This document shows positions 49,601-63,782 of a stretch of DNA of 64,000 nucleotides, piece after piece. This DNA is from a virus (taxonomy: Duplodnaviria; Caudoviricetes), in IMG/VR virus record IMGVR_UViG_3300028734_000003, positions 159 through 64,158 of that record. One strand, written 5' to 3'. Every line of letters starts with the position of its first letter. The stretch's first letter is position 1. The notes under the pieces are model-generated. The model searched no databases, was not told where the DNA came from, and saw only the letters and a program-made list of their open reading frames with translations. The position numbers and the translations under genes were made by a program.

Positions 49601-52600
49601 GATAAACGATACTGACGCTGAGACATTGGCTGCTAATATGAAAAATAAAGACGTACAAATTTATAAAATGCTTGTTGAAGCGTCTAAATCAGATGATCCA
49701 TTGGTAGAAGAATTTATTAAACAAAGTGCTCTCAATGGTATGATTTCTGGGAACAGATGATATGAGGCAATGGTATCTTGAGGACTATTTGAAGTATTTG
49801 GTGATTTCCAAACCTATGTGAAATTATCAGACTCTCTAGAAAGTCCAGAAAAAATGATTGAGTATTTTGAAAAAGGGCAGGGGCAAATATCAAGTATCGT
49901 AAATAAAATTGATTTCATGTTAAATAACATCCCATACAAAGGAGACAAGCAAATTAAGATACAAAAGACACTTACAGACTTAAGAGCTATGTCTCAATAT
50001 TATGCATATGTTGATGTTATTGCTAAGATCGGGAATAGAGAAGGATTCGATGGAATCAAGCGTTTTGTTATGTCTAAAATAGAGGACCTAACTACATTTG
50101 GTGGAGAAAAAATATCAAATGTTTATGGAATGAAAAGGGGTCAGAGAGCTACTGAAGTTCTTTCAAGAGGAATGAGCGATATTGTTAAGGATCTACAATC
50201 AGAAATTGGGACAAAATGAGTGGAACTTCATGACTATTTATTGAGAAGTCTTACAAAAGCAGAAATCCTTAATCCAAAAATAGAATCAATTTGATTTGGT
50301 GTTTGGAAAGAGGTTGTGAATGCTCTAGGATTCAAGGTAGTCAATAAAGCTACCGTCCCTCAAGATGTATTTAATATGCTTGCTGACGCAAACTATATAA
50401 AATCAGAAGAATCCGCTGGTACACTTTATGGGCTTTGAAAACTATTTGGATTCGATGATACAAAACTAAAAGGGAATTATTCTGCAAGACAATCTGCAAT
50501 TGCAAAAATACTATGATGAGCAGAATTTAAAGACGCTATATCAAGTACAGCAAAATGAGCGGAGCCTAAAGTATCCGATGTATTGAACTTCTTAAATCTA
50601 AAGGATTTTGAGCTTATAGATGCAAACGTTTGAACAATTTTTGATACTATCTACGATAAATTTGACTTCCCTATCGCTGATAAAATAGCTAATAGAGTTT
50701 CAGATATTCTATCAACAGAAAGATCAATTGACAGCGTAGTAAAATGAAGAGAGGTAGCAAAAGAATTGGCACAGAAAAACTATGATAACATAGCAAAAAA
50801 TATTTGATTTTTGGAAAATAGTCTTATGTATCCAATGAAAAAGGATATATGAGAATTGGTTGATCTCGCTAGACAAGACGTATCTTTCTCGCCAGACGGA
50901 ACAATTGGCTCTGTTGTTGCACAAGATGGGCTTACTTATAAGCAAATCTGAGATAAATTTGTAGCAAATGTGAATAATTCACAAGCAATATCTGACCCAG
51001 ATTCATTCAAGTGAGTTGTTTCTTCTAGTCTCGTATACGAAAACGAAGCAAAAAATATTTATGCTTTGGCTGGTACCACTAGATGAGTTGCCGGATCTAA
51101 AAAGGTTGTCGAATTTATGAACTGAGTTATTTGGTCAAATAAACTAAAAACTAGCTGAGTCACAAAACTTTGAGTATCTATGGAAGATCTGGTGAAACTA
51201 GATGAATTTCCTAAAGATTCTCAGGAGCTTGCAGCTTACGCAGAAAAGTATAATGAGCTATACAACGGAGCTATTGCAAATTTTGGAATCAATGATGACG
51301 TTACAAAATACATAGGAATTAAAAAATCAATGATCAACCAATATTCTGCACTTAGAAAAACAACAGATGATGTACAATATTTCAAAGCGTTGTGAGATAT
51401 TTCATCAAGAACGTATGATATGGTCCAAGCCAATATAGATACATTAAATAAATTGGTATGAAATAAAAAATTAAGTGATGCGGAAAAGATTTCAAAGGCA
51501 AATGAAATGATTTCAAAAATTCGCAACAACTTTACGAAATGAATTGAATGAAAGGACGTTAAAAAAATCATAAAAGACAAAAATAATTACATCATACCAT
51601 GAAGTAATCAACCACGATGATTTGCACCTCTCAGCGTAAATTCTGTCGCAGCCATAAGAACATTCTCCAAGGCTTTGGAGTCTTCTGCTAGAGATATGTC
51701 TATGGAAGTTCTCTCAAATAACGTGAAATATAGTGCAAGGCTCTCAGAGGGTAATCGTATGTTGACTGAGCTTAGAAATTTTGCATCAAATTGAATCGCT
51801 AGTAAATCATTTTCATTCGACAATATAGATAATTTATCAAAATATTGAGATAAACCATTTGCATTTAATGTGCAAGAAATGATTTGGAAAAAATTCAATA
51901 CAGCAAAAGAAAATTTCTATAGAATTGAGAAAACTGGAGTCCCTGTTGTATCTGTAAATGCTGTAGAATCTATTAAAGAATCTGTTGCGTCTGTTATTGC
52001 TGGTAGATATTGAGTTGATAAAAGTGTTGTAAAGGATTGAATTTCAGTCGATTATGTGAAACCAACCGTGGCCCAAGTATCCTATATTGATCCAGATTGA
52101 GTATTGAGAAGCCACTATATTGATACAAACCTACCAGAGGAAATTAAAAATTATTACCAATTTGCACTTACTAGAGATGAAATTTTGGAAGGTAAACAAG
52201 TATCGTTTAGAATCGGTGGCGCTGGTGAAGATATGGCATCACACACAGCAACGATCGACGGATCTAAATATAACGGTCTTTTGGACCAACAGTTGTGAGA
52301 TTCTATAGATATGTTGGAATGAGATAAATTACTTCCTGTTTGGGAACAGGCTGCTAAAAAATCTATGTGATCTGAGTATGTAAAATGAATTATGGAAAGT
52401 ACATACGTTCCAAAAATATTCAGTTTCTTAATGGAAAATAAAGCAGTTCTAAGAGAGTCTGCGTACGATACATATAAGATTGTTTCTGAGTATGATAGGG
52501 TTGTTACAAACTTTGCAGATAAGGCTTCGGAACTACTATGACATATTGAGTCAGAGGCACCAGAACTTAAAAAATTTGGTGAAGTATATAATGCAAATAT

Positions 52601-55600
52601 TGAATATGTCAAAGCACTTGTTCTTGGGAAAAGAATTATTCCAAAAGGAATGGTAAAAATAAGATGAGTAGTTACTGACAGTCTTGAGGATATTAAAAAA
52701 GCGTTTGATTCTACCACTTATAAATTAGAGGATTTTGCCTTGGAAAATGGAATCCACGGAAAAGAGATTGATGCTCTAAATAAATCCATAGTATTTGGGA
52801 AAAAGAATATGAGAGATTTTGGGCAATATGCATGAGTAAAATATTTCCTAGATAAGACATACTGAAAGAATGTTCTTACGGAATATAAATGAGTTTCCAC
52901 AGATATGATAGACTCTATGCTAGGTTTCTACGCAGATGAGTTCAAATCTATTTACGACACTATGTGAGCAAAAATAGATAAGGATCAGATTGCTAAAAAA
53001 TTGGAAGAATATCTTATGAATAAAAAGTCTCTAAATATTGCTGGGTTTGATAATGACATCAGAGGTTGATTCACAGTCTTTGAGTCTATTACAGAAGACC
53101 TTAGAAAAGCAAATTGAGGAGAGTGATTAACTACAATATATGACTCAATGTTGAAAGGTTCGCTAGATGCAGAGCAAAGAGACAGAATCTATAAAGATTT
53201 AATGTGAGAGAGTCTCCGAGGTAAAAGTTCTCTTATGAAATTCATCTCAAGAATGAGAGGTGAAACATATGCGCTTCAACTTGGTCGATGGTCTCCAAAA
53301 GCATATATGATTGGGCTTCAGAACGTTGTTTCTAATGCGGTTGAGGTATTCTCAAAAAGAGAGACGTATTCTGGAACAGCAAAAGAAGTTATGCAATTAA
53401 ATGATAGATTATTAAATAGTAAATATTTCAAAGACATTATTGAAAAATGTTATGGTCCAGACGGTAAAACACTTATAGGACTTGATATTGTTCATGCATC
53501 AAAAGGAAAAAATTTGGAAATTGGATGAGTAAGCGCTATCGAAAGATGAATAAATAAAATAGTTGATACTATGGATCATCTTAGAATGCAGGCAGAGAAA
53601 TCATTATGAATCGAAGGTAAGCCAGGAGAAATTATTAAAAAAGTTACTGGTAAAGAGCCATCAAAAGAGTCTGTAAAAGCATTTGCAAACAATCCTATTG
53701 GTATCGCTGATTCGTTCATGCAATGAGATATTACGAATAGTTTCGTTTATAATAAGATATTTGATGAATTGGGCACATCCCCAAAAACATTAAACGGTCT
53801 TATCGACTCTATCGAAGTAATCGACAAGCAACTAGAATGATTGAAGTGATTAGATAGGCAGCTTCTAGAGGCGCAAAAAATAGATATGATAAATACTGTA
53901 AAAAACACAATGCAGTATGCATCTAGAGAGGCATTATTCGAGTATCAACAAATATTCAAAGCTGGGTCTATGGCTGGTCTTATGAGAAATGGATTCTCAA
54001 AACGAACTTGGTTTACTTTCTTCTCAAGTTGGGGAGCAAAGAAATCTGGAGAATATCTCTATAATGCCATGTATAAGCCATTTGCTTCAGCACATTTAGC
54101 ATACAAGCGATGAGGAATGGGGGCTGTTGGTAAAACATTAGCAAACGAATTGCTCACAAATACTCACTGGAATGCTTTAGTAAAACAATCGCTATACGCA
54201 GCTAGGTCAACATTCCAACTAAACAAAGATTCAAATCTAGATACTGTTGGTGAAGATAATTTCGGAGAATGGTTTATGACGGTTTCTCCATTAGGGCAAG
54301 CAATCAAATCTTTCTTCATAACTAGGGCAATAAATGAGTGAGTATCTCAATATGGTGCAGCTAGAGAAGAATGACTTTGAATAGCGGACTCTGTCAAATA
54401 TGGATTGAGTAATGCAATATATCAAGCATCATCTCAGTTATTGAAGGATGTAAAATTCTTTACTGGACCATTAGCACTAGCTCTAAAAGAGTCTAGTACG
54501 AAATGATCTGAATGAGATGTTTTCAATTCAACGGTTGATAAGATAGCAAATAGTTTCATGACAAGTATGTATTATTCTATGTATGATATGTATAAGTGAC
54601 TTCCTTCCGATAGATTGGACGGTGATACAATGTATCCATTCCTTGATGCGGTTATGGGAGACACAGTTACAAAATACAGATACGATATGGACAAAATGAT
54701 GAACGCTGTATATGTAGAAAATAGTATAGACAAATGAGAATTGACAGTTGATTGGTTATGACAACTCTCTAGCTGATTACTATGATTCCCAAAAACATAC
54801 AATAAAAGATTTGCTCTAGACCAAATGGATGCTATCAAGAGAGATGATAAGATTTTCAAAGCAATAGCTGGTGGAGATCTCAAGAGCGTTATCAATGACA
54901 AGCAGTTCCCAATAGAAATGAAATCAACGCTTATGAAATCATTTATGGAACAAAACATGGTTGGTGAATTTGACCAGGGGAATGAAAAGGGAAAGATAGA
55001 TTGAAAGGTGGCTTTGATACTCAATGAATTAAAATCAAATTGAGTAGATACACAAGACCTAGCTGCAATAATCAGTTCTTGAAACCTTAAATCAGCACAA
55101 AAAGAAATGGCTATATTAGCTGCTTCTGGAATGACAAAGGCTGAGTCAACAACTATTCTAGCATTTATGGCCAATAATGCATACAAAGAAATATCAGATA
55201 AATATACAAAAATGAAGGTTCCTCTATCAAAAAATCCACAAATCAAGGAAGATATTTACAGACAGTTATTTGATGTAGTTATGCCAACAGCTACCGAGAT
55301 AGATAAGCAAGTAGCTAGTCAAGTATTGTTCGGATATGTCCAAAGTGCTTATGGTGGAAAAATACCAGGACTAAAACAAGTTGAACTAAATCCAGACGGA
55401 TCAGTTAAGGCTTGAGGTGGTACGGATCCAGATACTATAAAGATGTTCAAACTATGATTATTGGCTGATGTTGCTGATTCTGAAACAGTTGCCTTCAATA
55501 GATGATTGCTTACAAGCGCTGGGCAAAGAGTGTTACAAGATACTCCAGACGAACAAGTAGCTAAGAAAACAGCAGAGATGTTCCAATTTGTAGATGAGCT

Positions 55601-56195
55601 CAAGACGGTATCTGATAATGGAAAAATGGTTGCCAAAGCAGCAATGCTCTACGGAAATCTAGATAGAATGAAGCTCCTATTGAATTCAAATTACGCTCCA
55701 GGAATGCAGGATGAAATGAATAAATTGGCTGATATAATTCGAGACACAAACGAGAAGCTCCAATGTACTCCAGAATTATTGAATGCGCTTACTCATGCAG
55801 GATGAAGCGGAACCGGTAAAAAGGTCCAGAAACCAAAGAGTATAGAGCTACAAAAAGATGTTATAGCTAAGGTAAATGATCTAGCTGACGCAATGCCAAC
55901 TAAATTGAAATCATTCGCTTTGAGCTTGAAATCACAAAGGATAAACGCTACACTCAAGGCACTATCTTTACCAACATTAAAGCCAGAAAAGAATGACACC
56001 TACACAGCTAGCAAACTTACCCCGATTGGATGATGAGACATTAAAACAGCCTCAATCAAAACAGCTGAGTCAAAGTGAGGAAAGTCAACTCCAAAAATCA
56101 AAACTGCAAAGCCAGGAAAAACCTGACCAGTGAGTAATAGTGGGATCAAAAGACCTACCCCAATTAAAATCCAAAGAGTTAAGAAAGCCGAGTAA
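46671..56195 (+). CDS. Giant (~3174 aa) ejection / polyvalent protein with a zincin metallopeptidase motif
   Basis: Twelve track ORFs (46875 to 55506) share one frame and are separated by TGA codons. VHELTH at ~49062-49079 and DEFIAY at ~49284-49301. Confidence 0.75.
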
Positions 56196-56208
56196 TCTAA
56201 ACGAGTTC

Positions 56209-56784
56209 ATGCAAGCCCGTGCTCAAGAGAATGAGGAAACCATCAAGAAGGTAACCGATACTCTTGATAGGGCTGGTATGGACGATGAATATATATTTGT
56301 ATGGCTTTTCAAGAGGATATTCAAACCGTCTATTATCTTAGCGGACGGAGAGTATCATTTTGACCGGTCTGCGTCTTTGAGGACAATAAAAAACTATTGA
56401 AAACTTAGATGACATATTAGGGGGAAAATCACATTGGAAGAACTTTTCTGAATGGATTTTTCTAAGAAAAACAAAAATAGGATCAATCAACTTATTGACG
56501 AATCCTGGGCAAAATTTAAAGAGCTATATCCAGAAGATGAATGGGGAGTAACTCCGGATAACGATGTGTACAAAAAACTTAGAGAAATCAATGAGAAAGC
56601 ATATTTTGTAATAAGAGTTTGAAAAGATGAATTTGCAAGAAGCCCAGACAATTCCATTAGATGATCTGCGCATTCGGAGATGATAAAGCTAAAGCAATAT
56701 CTTTCCGACGATGAAACATCAACGGTTCTTCAGTTCTTCAAAGTAGATTTAGAGAGGCAAGATAGGATCCTGGCGTTGGGTTAG
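56209..56784 (+). CDS. Hypothetical helical protein, weak terminase-small-subunit resemblance
   Basis: Two segments of the type D..(A/R)....(K/E)..KL (DWSASLRTIKNYGKLRG; DNSIRGSAHSEMIKLK). Confidence 0.35.
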
Positions 56785-57138
56785 ATATCCCATAGGAAAC
56801 TTTTCAACCCAATCTCAATAACGATAAACAACTATTCTTTCCACATCCGCATAATAAACCACAACTACAGCATCTCATCATAATCTTGTGATTTGATCGA
56901 GCGCATATTTTTGTTGTGGCCTAAGTGACTTATAGACATCTTCGGATGTCTTTTTTAGAAATTTATATTCTATGTGATAGGTTCAATCACTGTTTGTCAT
57001 TATAGCATCATATGGCTTATAACCCATAGAGGAGTCTGATATTTTGTAATAGAAAAATCAAAGGCTATCAAATAGTTTTTTGAATCGTCAATACATATCA
57101 CTTTCTTTTTTGAAATCGTACTTTTTTTCAATATTCAT
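56749..57138 (-). CDS. PD-(D/E)XK Holliday-junction-resolvase-like nuclease
   Basis: KESD, YKISD....KPYDAI, HIEYK and LRPQQ motifs; 129 aa. Confidence 0.7.
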
Positions 57139-57203
57139 ATTGATATTGGTTGTTTTTTTAATATAAAAACTTTATCAAAGAGTTTTATATTTTCTCTATA
57201 AGT

Positions 57204-57572
57204 ATGCAAGACCAAAAACAATACTATATTGACCTTACTGGAAAGTATATAAATATGTATTCAGCTCTTGAATCTGCGTGCCTATGAGGAAAGAATTTGA
57301 CAAAAGATATGTTCGATCTATACTATGCAACATGTCATGCTGTTAAAAAATTCACTATCTGTATTTACAGATGCTATTTTGAAGAATGCGAAGGAGAAGT
57401 TGATAATTTTGATATTATTCTTGCTGGATTACAAGGAGATCCACAATATGAAAAAATGGTAGATTCATACATATCTATGACTTGTTTAGAAGAGAGAATA
57501 GAATTATTTTTGAAATATATGGGCAAACCAGAAATGTCTGTAAGCATGACAGAGATAACTCCAAAAAAATAA
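57204..57572 (+). CDS. Hypothetical protein
   Basis: 122 aa with read-through. Confidence 0.55.
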
Positions 57573-57593
57573 TTTAATTCCTAAAGATTAAAG

Positions 57594-58823
57594 ATGCTCT
57601 GACAATACCAATGAGAAAACTTATTCAAGACAAAATTATCATCTGATATATTACCTTGAGTATCCACTGATCTCACAGAGTATTTTTTTGACATTGTTGA
57701 AGGTACTACAGCCAAGTCTTGTTTTGTTTCTTTGGATTTTGGAAATACTGGCAATTCAGAGGTTATTGAAGTCCACAGAACAGCGATGGACTGAACAAGA
57801 TTATATTACTATCAATATAATAGAGAATTCCCAGATAGAACCCATGAAGTAAATTCATTTTGCCAGATAAATAGTGTTGCGCAATATGTCAATACAATTA
57901 TGAATAATATTGACACATTTTGACGAACAAGAAAAATGGTGAATCCTGGATTAAAAGTAAGAGTTTATGGAGGTATTGTTGAAGATTTATGAATCCAAAA
58001 TATAGTTGTTGTTGATCAAGTGATGGATATGGTCGCTTGAGATAATTATATTTATTATGACTATGTAAATAATGTTTTTGCAAAGATAGACATCATTCCT
58101 ACGGAGTTCGATGTTGTTTCAAAGGTTACCGTTGTTTGAACAGATATCACAGTAGTTGAAGATTTGAGAGCGATAAAGGTTAGATTAAAGAATTGAACCG
58201 TACTTAGCAAATTATCTGAAGTTCTTGGAAAATTACAATATGATTGATCAAATGTTTGAACTACCGGACTTACTGGTACCACTGGTAGATGAATTGTAGA
58301 TATTCAAAAAACACAAACTGTTGGTTTGGTTGATACATATACGGTAACTTTCTCAGATGCTACATCAATGTCTTTTGACGTGACAAATTGAGCCGGAGAT
58401 ATGAATTCTTCCATGTATGATCCAACTGGAAGGCAGCAAGATGTTTTTGCTTATATAGATGGCTTAGTATCTGGTGTATTTAACTATAGAACTGTGTTCG
58501 ATGCATCTGCTGGAACTTGGCCAACCACTGGTTGAAGTTGAACAGCATGAGCAATTAAAAAATGAGATTGTTGGAAAATATCTGTTGCTGGTACTCTTGG
58601 GTGAAATCCAATACAGGTTGGGGATATGATTATAGCAAACTCAACTACGCCAGGGCAAACGAATTCAAAATGGGATACGTTAAACACAAACATCACATAT
58701 GTTCCAGCTCCTGAGTCTAGGACAATAACTATCAATGGAATTACATTTGATTTGTCCGCAAATAGAACATATGCTCTGGCAGACAATGACCAATCAATAT
58801 TATGAGCACAAATCTTTAGTTAG
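57594..58823 (+). CDS. Tail fibre / baseplate-anchored protein 1
   Basis: 409 aa; N-terminus paralogous to 59938; fibre motifs G.TG.TGRGI..I, VDTYTVTFSD, VTNG, WP.TGGSG..GAIKKGD.W.I; ends ILGAQIFS. Confidence 0.7.
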
Positions 58824-58835
58824 TAACTATTCAGA

Positions 58836-59192
58836 ATGGCTTCATTTGCAAAAAAATTACTAAGTTGATCTACCGATGGTAAAGCTATAAAAGTAGTTGC
58901 TACGGCTACTGCTGGGACACTTATCCATACCGGGCCAACGGTCACATCGACATTACAAGAGATTTGGCTTTGGGCACAAAATAATCATACAGCAGACGTT
59001 GTTCTTACTCTTGAGTGGGGTGATGCTGTAACGGATAATAATATTATCAAAACCATAACATTCAAATCTGGGGAGCAAATGATTATTCCTGGATTTATAA
59101 TTAAATGAAATGCCACACCATTGACCATAAAGGCATTTGCAGCAACAGCAAACGTTATTATGATCCAATGATTTATCAATGAAATAGCTTAA
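58836..59192 (+). CDS. Small conserved fibre-associated protein
   Basis: LLSGSTDGKAIKVVATATAGTLIHT...EIWLWA..LTLEWG...AFAATANVI. Confidence 0.65.
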
Positions 59193-59193
59193 T

Positions 59194-59928
59194 ATGCCTG
59201 AAAATTTTTACAGAAATAAGTTTACTCTTGGAGCTATACCTCAGTTATCTGGGGTTTCTAGGAATAGATGAAGATATGTAAAAACTGGTGATGTCTGATA
59301 TACAACATTAGATTTTAAATGATTTGCGACTGACGATAGGACAGCAAATTGATGGACAGTAACATCTTGATATGATAACAATGCTACAGTTTCTTGATGA
59401 CTATGGTATGGTAATAATACTGATGGGCATAATCAAGTATACAAGAATTTTGCGGCTGGATTATCAAGTTTTAAAATAATTCATAAAACAGCATCTTGTA
59501 ATTGAAGTGATGCTTGATGGTGAGCGTCTTGATATTTTAATCTATCTGATACATTACATACCTGATTAAGTACATTTGATCCACCAAATATTCTCTTTTT
59601 TAATAGAGATATGTATTCATCAGCAGCACAATCCTATAATGGATTTCCTACATATCATAGGAGTTCCTTCACTAGGAAAGTATCTTGAACTTGGACTACG
59701 ACATGAGCTACTAGAGAATGATATTGAAATACAGTATGGGATGCTGTGCTTATTACAGAAGTTGAATTCCTTAACTGAGTATTCACATACAAGGTATATT
59801 CAAATTGAACTCTTGTAGGAGACTATACATTCACTGCAAACTTTACGAAAGTCTATTCGATAGTATATTGAGTAGGATCATCAACAGGAGCACACCCACA
59901 AGTAGACGAAATATCTCTTTACTATTAA
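59194..59928 (+). CDS. Lectin-like receptor-binding protein
   Basis: 244 aa, rich in Gly/Thr/aromatic residues, with a YKVY.NG.LV ConA-like pattern. Confidence 0.5.
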
Positions 59929-59937
59929 GCTATACTT

Positions 59938-62900
59938 ATGCTAGATCAAACACAAGGTCAGGATTGATACAAAGTAAAATCACAATCAATAATTCTTCCT
60001 GGTGTAGCTACCGATGAGGCAGAATATTATTTTGATGTATCGCAGCCAGTCTTAGTTTCTTCATGCTTTGTATATGTTGATTACCAGGATGAAACTAAAA
60101 GAGATTCTATAGAAATCCACAGAGTGTGACTTGGTTGATCAAGACTATATTTCTACCAATATAATCGTACAAACCCAACAGCAAGACATGGGACTGATGC
60201 TTATGTACAAATAAATTCTATGGCTAGTTATTGGAATATAATTTCTAAAAATGTTGATAACTTCTGACGAATCAGACAAGAAGCAAATCCAGGATTGAAA
60301 GTTAAAATATACGGTGGTAGAATTGATAATCCAGTTTTATGAGATTTCGATGTACCGTCTATTTCTTTAGCTATGGCTGATAATGCCGTATCTTATATTT
60401 ACTTCGATGATACCGACAATTCATTCAAAGTTTCTACCACAGAGCCATTTATGTTTTTTGTTCTTGGTAGAGTAACAACGGCTTCTTGAGATATTACAGA
60501 GATGCTTGATTATAGATCTTCTTATACTGGTGGTTGAGCTCCAGTAGAAATTACAGAAGTCCAGAGGGATTCTCTTACAAGTGTTAGAAATTGAGTGCAT
60601 ATCTACAATATCACAGCAGGGAAACTACAATTTTATAGCACGGGAGCATGGTATGATGTGCCTGTCACTGGTGGCGAAAATCAAGTTCCAAGACTCACAG
60701 AAGTTATCGAATGAAAAGCAAGATGGGCAAATATTGATGAAATGCTTGCTGGTATGGATATTTGAGATGACGGAGCATCATTAGTGGCTAAGCCAAGTTT
60801 ATTGAAATCTTTGATATTAGACTATCCAAATTTCACAGTAAAGTCTAATTATCCTCTATGAGAGCCAATAATAAATCTAGAAAACTCATTTACTTTTAAA
60901 GAAACTGCTCCTACATTTGCCAATGCTAGTAATGAATGGGCTGTATGAAATTCTGCTAGTAATACAAAAATTAGTTTCCCAGAAATAGGTACTGGAGTCA
61001 CATGAAACGCTTTAAAGTTAGCACTATCTAAAGCCATGAATCCTTCGGCAGGATTGAGAATAAGAGTAGAAACTGATGTGGATGGAGCGCAGAGTTGAGT
61101 TCTTATAGATCCAAATGCTACAAAAGATATAGACCCAACAACTATGACAAATACCCTAGACGAAGCTGCTGGTACATATACTAGTACATGAAATCTAGGT
61201 ACAACAAGATATTGAATAAGAATACTTGTTAAAAAAACTAAAACCATAACTAAAGTCACTAAGGACTCGGCATGTACAGCAACAAGGGCAACTATAAGTT
61301 CTGCTGATGGTCAGACTATATTGGCTACTGCAAATTTCTCTTGAAATGTTGCTACATTTTTATTTCCAGTTACTGGGGGTGTATACTATAATATAGAGGC
61401 GGATAGTAATGGAAGTGGATATACAAGCAGATATTGAAATAATACGGGGTATCCAATTGTAAGAACCGATATTGATATAATTACTGGTAGGCAAGCTACT
61501 TCAGATCAAAATACAACCGCAAACATAGCAAGCATTGAGACATCTCCAGCGCTGGAAGATTTCAATGCATTGATCTGAGCAAACATAACAAATGCCCATT
61601 GAGTTTGAATAAGCGTAAATGAAACATTACAAACAGCTTATAAGGGAATGAAATTTACATTGACGGCAAACGTTGGGGTTGTGAGCATCACTAAGGTTTC
61701 TTGATGTACAGCAACAAAGGCATATATCTATGATCTATCTTGAGCATTGCTTACTACAGCAACATTCTCAAGTAATGTAGCAACATTTAATTATAATAGC
61801 TTAGTGAACGGACAAAGTTATTATCTTATGATAGGCAGTGACTGATCTCCCTATACAAGTGTAAAACAGTCATGAGCGTCCGCATACCCATATATATGAG
61901 GAAGATTAAATTTTATATGATGAAATATAGCATCAGTTCTTACCTCATTACCGGTAACATCTTCTATATGAAGTTCATGAAGCAATTACTATTGATGGTC
62001 TTATGATGTTACATTTACCGTTGATACAAGCTGTAAATTAAATAGCTTTGCCTCTACTTATTGAATAAATTATGGCTGAGTATATGCAAAATTATATCAA
62101 GGAGCGGCATTATTAGAAACATCAACAAACCAATGATGAACTAGCAATATTTTCCCCTGAACAACTGTACTTACCCCTTGAAATACATATATTATAAGAG
62201 TATATGCTTATATATCTAATGCGAATCCATATTATGCTGCGCAGACATTACCTATAAAGTTGAAGAATATTACTGTTACTGCAATATGATGACTGGCTTC
62301 CGGATGATATGATAATAATTTTACAATAAACACAACATCACTTGTACTAGGAACAGATGATACAAACATTTATAACATCGCATCTATACTTACAAATGAC
62401 TTAATAATAATTCCAAAATGACAGAGAGTACATATTGTGTTATGAATGGTATGAGACGTAGTCGATGCAGTAAATTACTATAAAGTTTGATATGCCGCAA
62501 CACATACTACAACCAGAAAACTAAATACATACAACTGATCTTCATGGAATACACCAGCATTAAAGTCGGATTTATTTACAGGGAATATTATAGATTCATC
62601 GTACTGGAATAATATAGTATGAGATATGATTATCAATAATTCCTTAAATACAAATAAGTCTGTATTATGATCTTGGGCAATAGTAGAATGAGCTAATTAT
62701 GTGCAGTCAAAAAATTCTATATCTACAGGAACAATATCATTGGGCGTTGACATGTCTACATCTTTTTGAACTACGCCAGGATGATATCCATCATCATCAG
62801 ACTTGCATTGTTCTATGAAATTATTTTGGGATGTGAATAATTATGCACAAATATTTAGTACAGGTGTTGATATTATTTGATCTGTTACATTGAAGGTTGT

Positions 62901-63498
62901 TATATGAGGTGTTGCTACTTATATAAACACTGCAACATATACGGCAGCAAACGTTAAGATAGAATATGTCAAATCATCTGGAGCAATAAAATGATTCTAT
63001 CGAAATTGAACTGCTTGGGTTCAAATTGGAACAACACAGACGAATGTATTTATATGAAATCCATTTATAAAACTTGAGCAATATTGATCTGCCTATACTG
63101 GATATGGATGAGTATTAGTAAATTGATATTTCAATATAGATAATATGTATCTTACAAATTATATTTATTCATCATTGACCCCATCCGCAGTTTGATGAGC
63201 TATGTTTCCATACATATCCTCTCCATTATTCCATAATGTATTGTTATCTTTATGTAATTCAGATTATGCCTATAAAGTAGCAATATATTGAGCAGCAGCT
63301 GAACTGAAGGCGGTGTGACAATATCCAAGGGTAACTACATATTGAATAACAAATAACTTCAAAAATATGACAGAATGAGCTACTCAATATCTAAGTAACA
63401 ATCCTGGATGAATATCTTGAACAGCAGGAACAAATAGCGTGACTGTTGGTAAAGCTAGATACACAGATAAACTGGCCATCAAAGATCTATTGGCATAG
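59938..63498 (+). CDS. Tail fibre / receptor-binding protein 2 (~1186 aa)
   Basis: Same N-terminal anchor as 57594; internally duplicated domain (..TK...CTAT.A.I....L.TA.FS.NVATF..). Confidence 0.75.
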
Positions 63499-63523
63499 TA
63501 TTTATTCAATAATCTAAACCACT

Positions 63524-63730
63524 ATGATTACTAACGCAGAGATAATGAAAAATGCTATAGCCCATGGAATGAAGAAAGGGGAAAAATTGCAGCCTAGGGA
63601 CACCTTCGCTGCAATAATGCATGAACGAAAAAATGGTCTCCTCAAAAGAAAAGATGGGACCGTTGTGAAAAGCATTGAAGAAGCCAAAGCGATTGCTAAT
63701 TCTGAAACAAAGGCTAAGACATGAAAATAG
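63524..63730 (+). CDS. DUF6496-like small basic protein
   Basis: IMHEWKNGLLKRKDGTVVKSIEEAKAIANSE (Trp = CGA). Confidence 0.6.
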
Positions 63731-63755
63731 TTTTATTTCTTAACCAATAACCAAA

Positions 63756-63782
63756 ATGCCATGCAAATGAAAAAAGAAATAA
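63756..63782 (+). CDS. 8-aa micro-ORF MPCKGKKK
   Basis: ATG CCA TGC AAA TGA AAA AAG AAA TAA, preceded by a leader resembling the capsid gene leader. Confidence 0.4.

Noticed and set aside
46671-56195. Virion RNA polymerase
   Set aside because: No DxDxD-type catalytic motif in a suitable context was recognised (GFDND near 53043 is insufficient). It cannot be fully excluded without a structure search.
57594-63498. Diversity-generating retroelement or invertible fibre cassette
   Set aside because: No reverse transcriptase, invertase or near-identical template/variable repeat pair; the internal repeats are diverged protein-level duplications.
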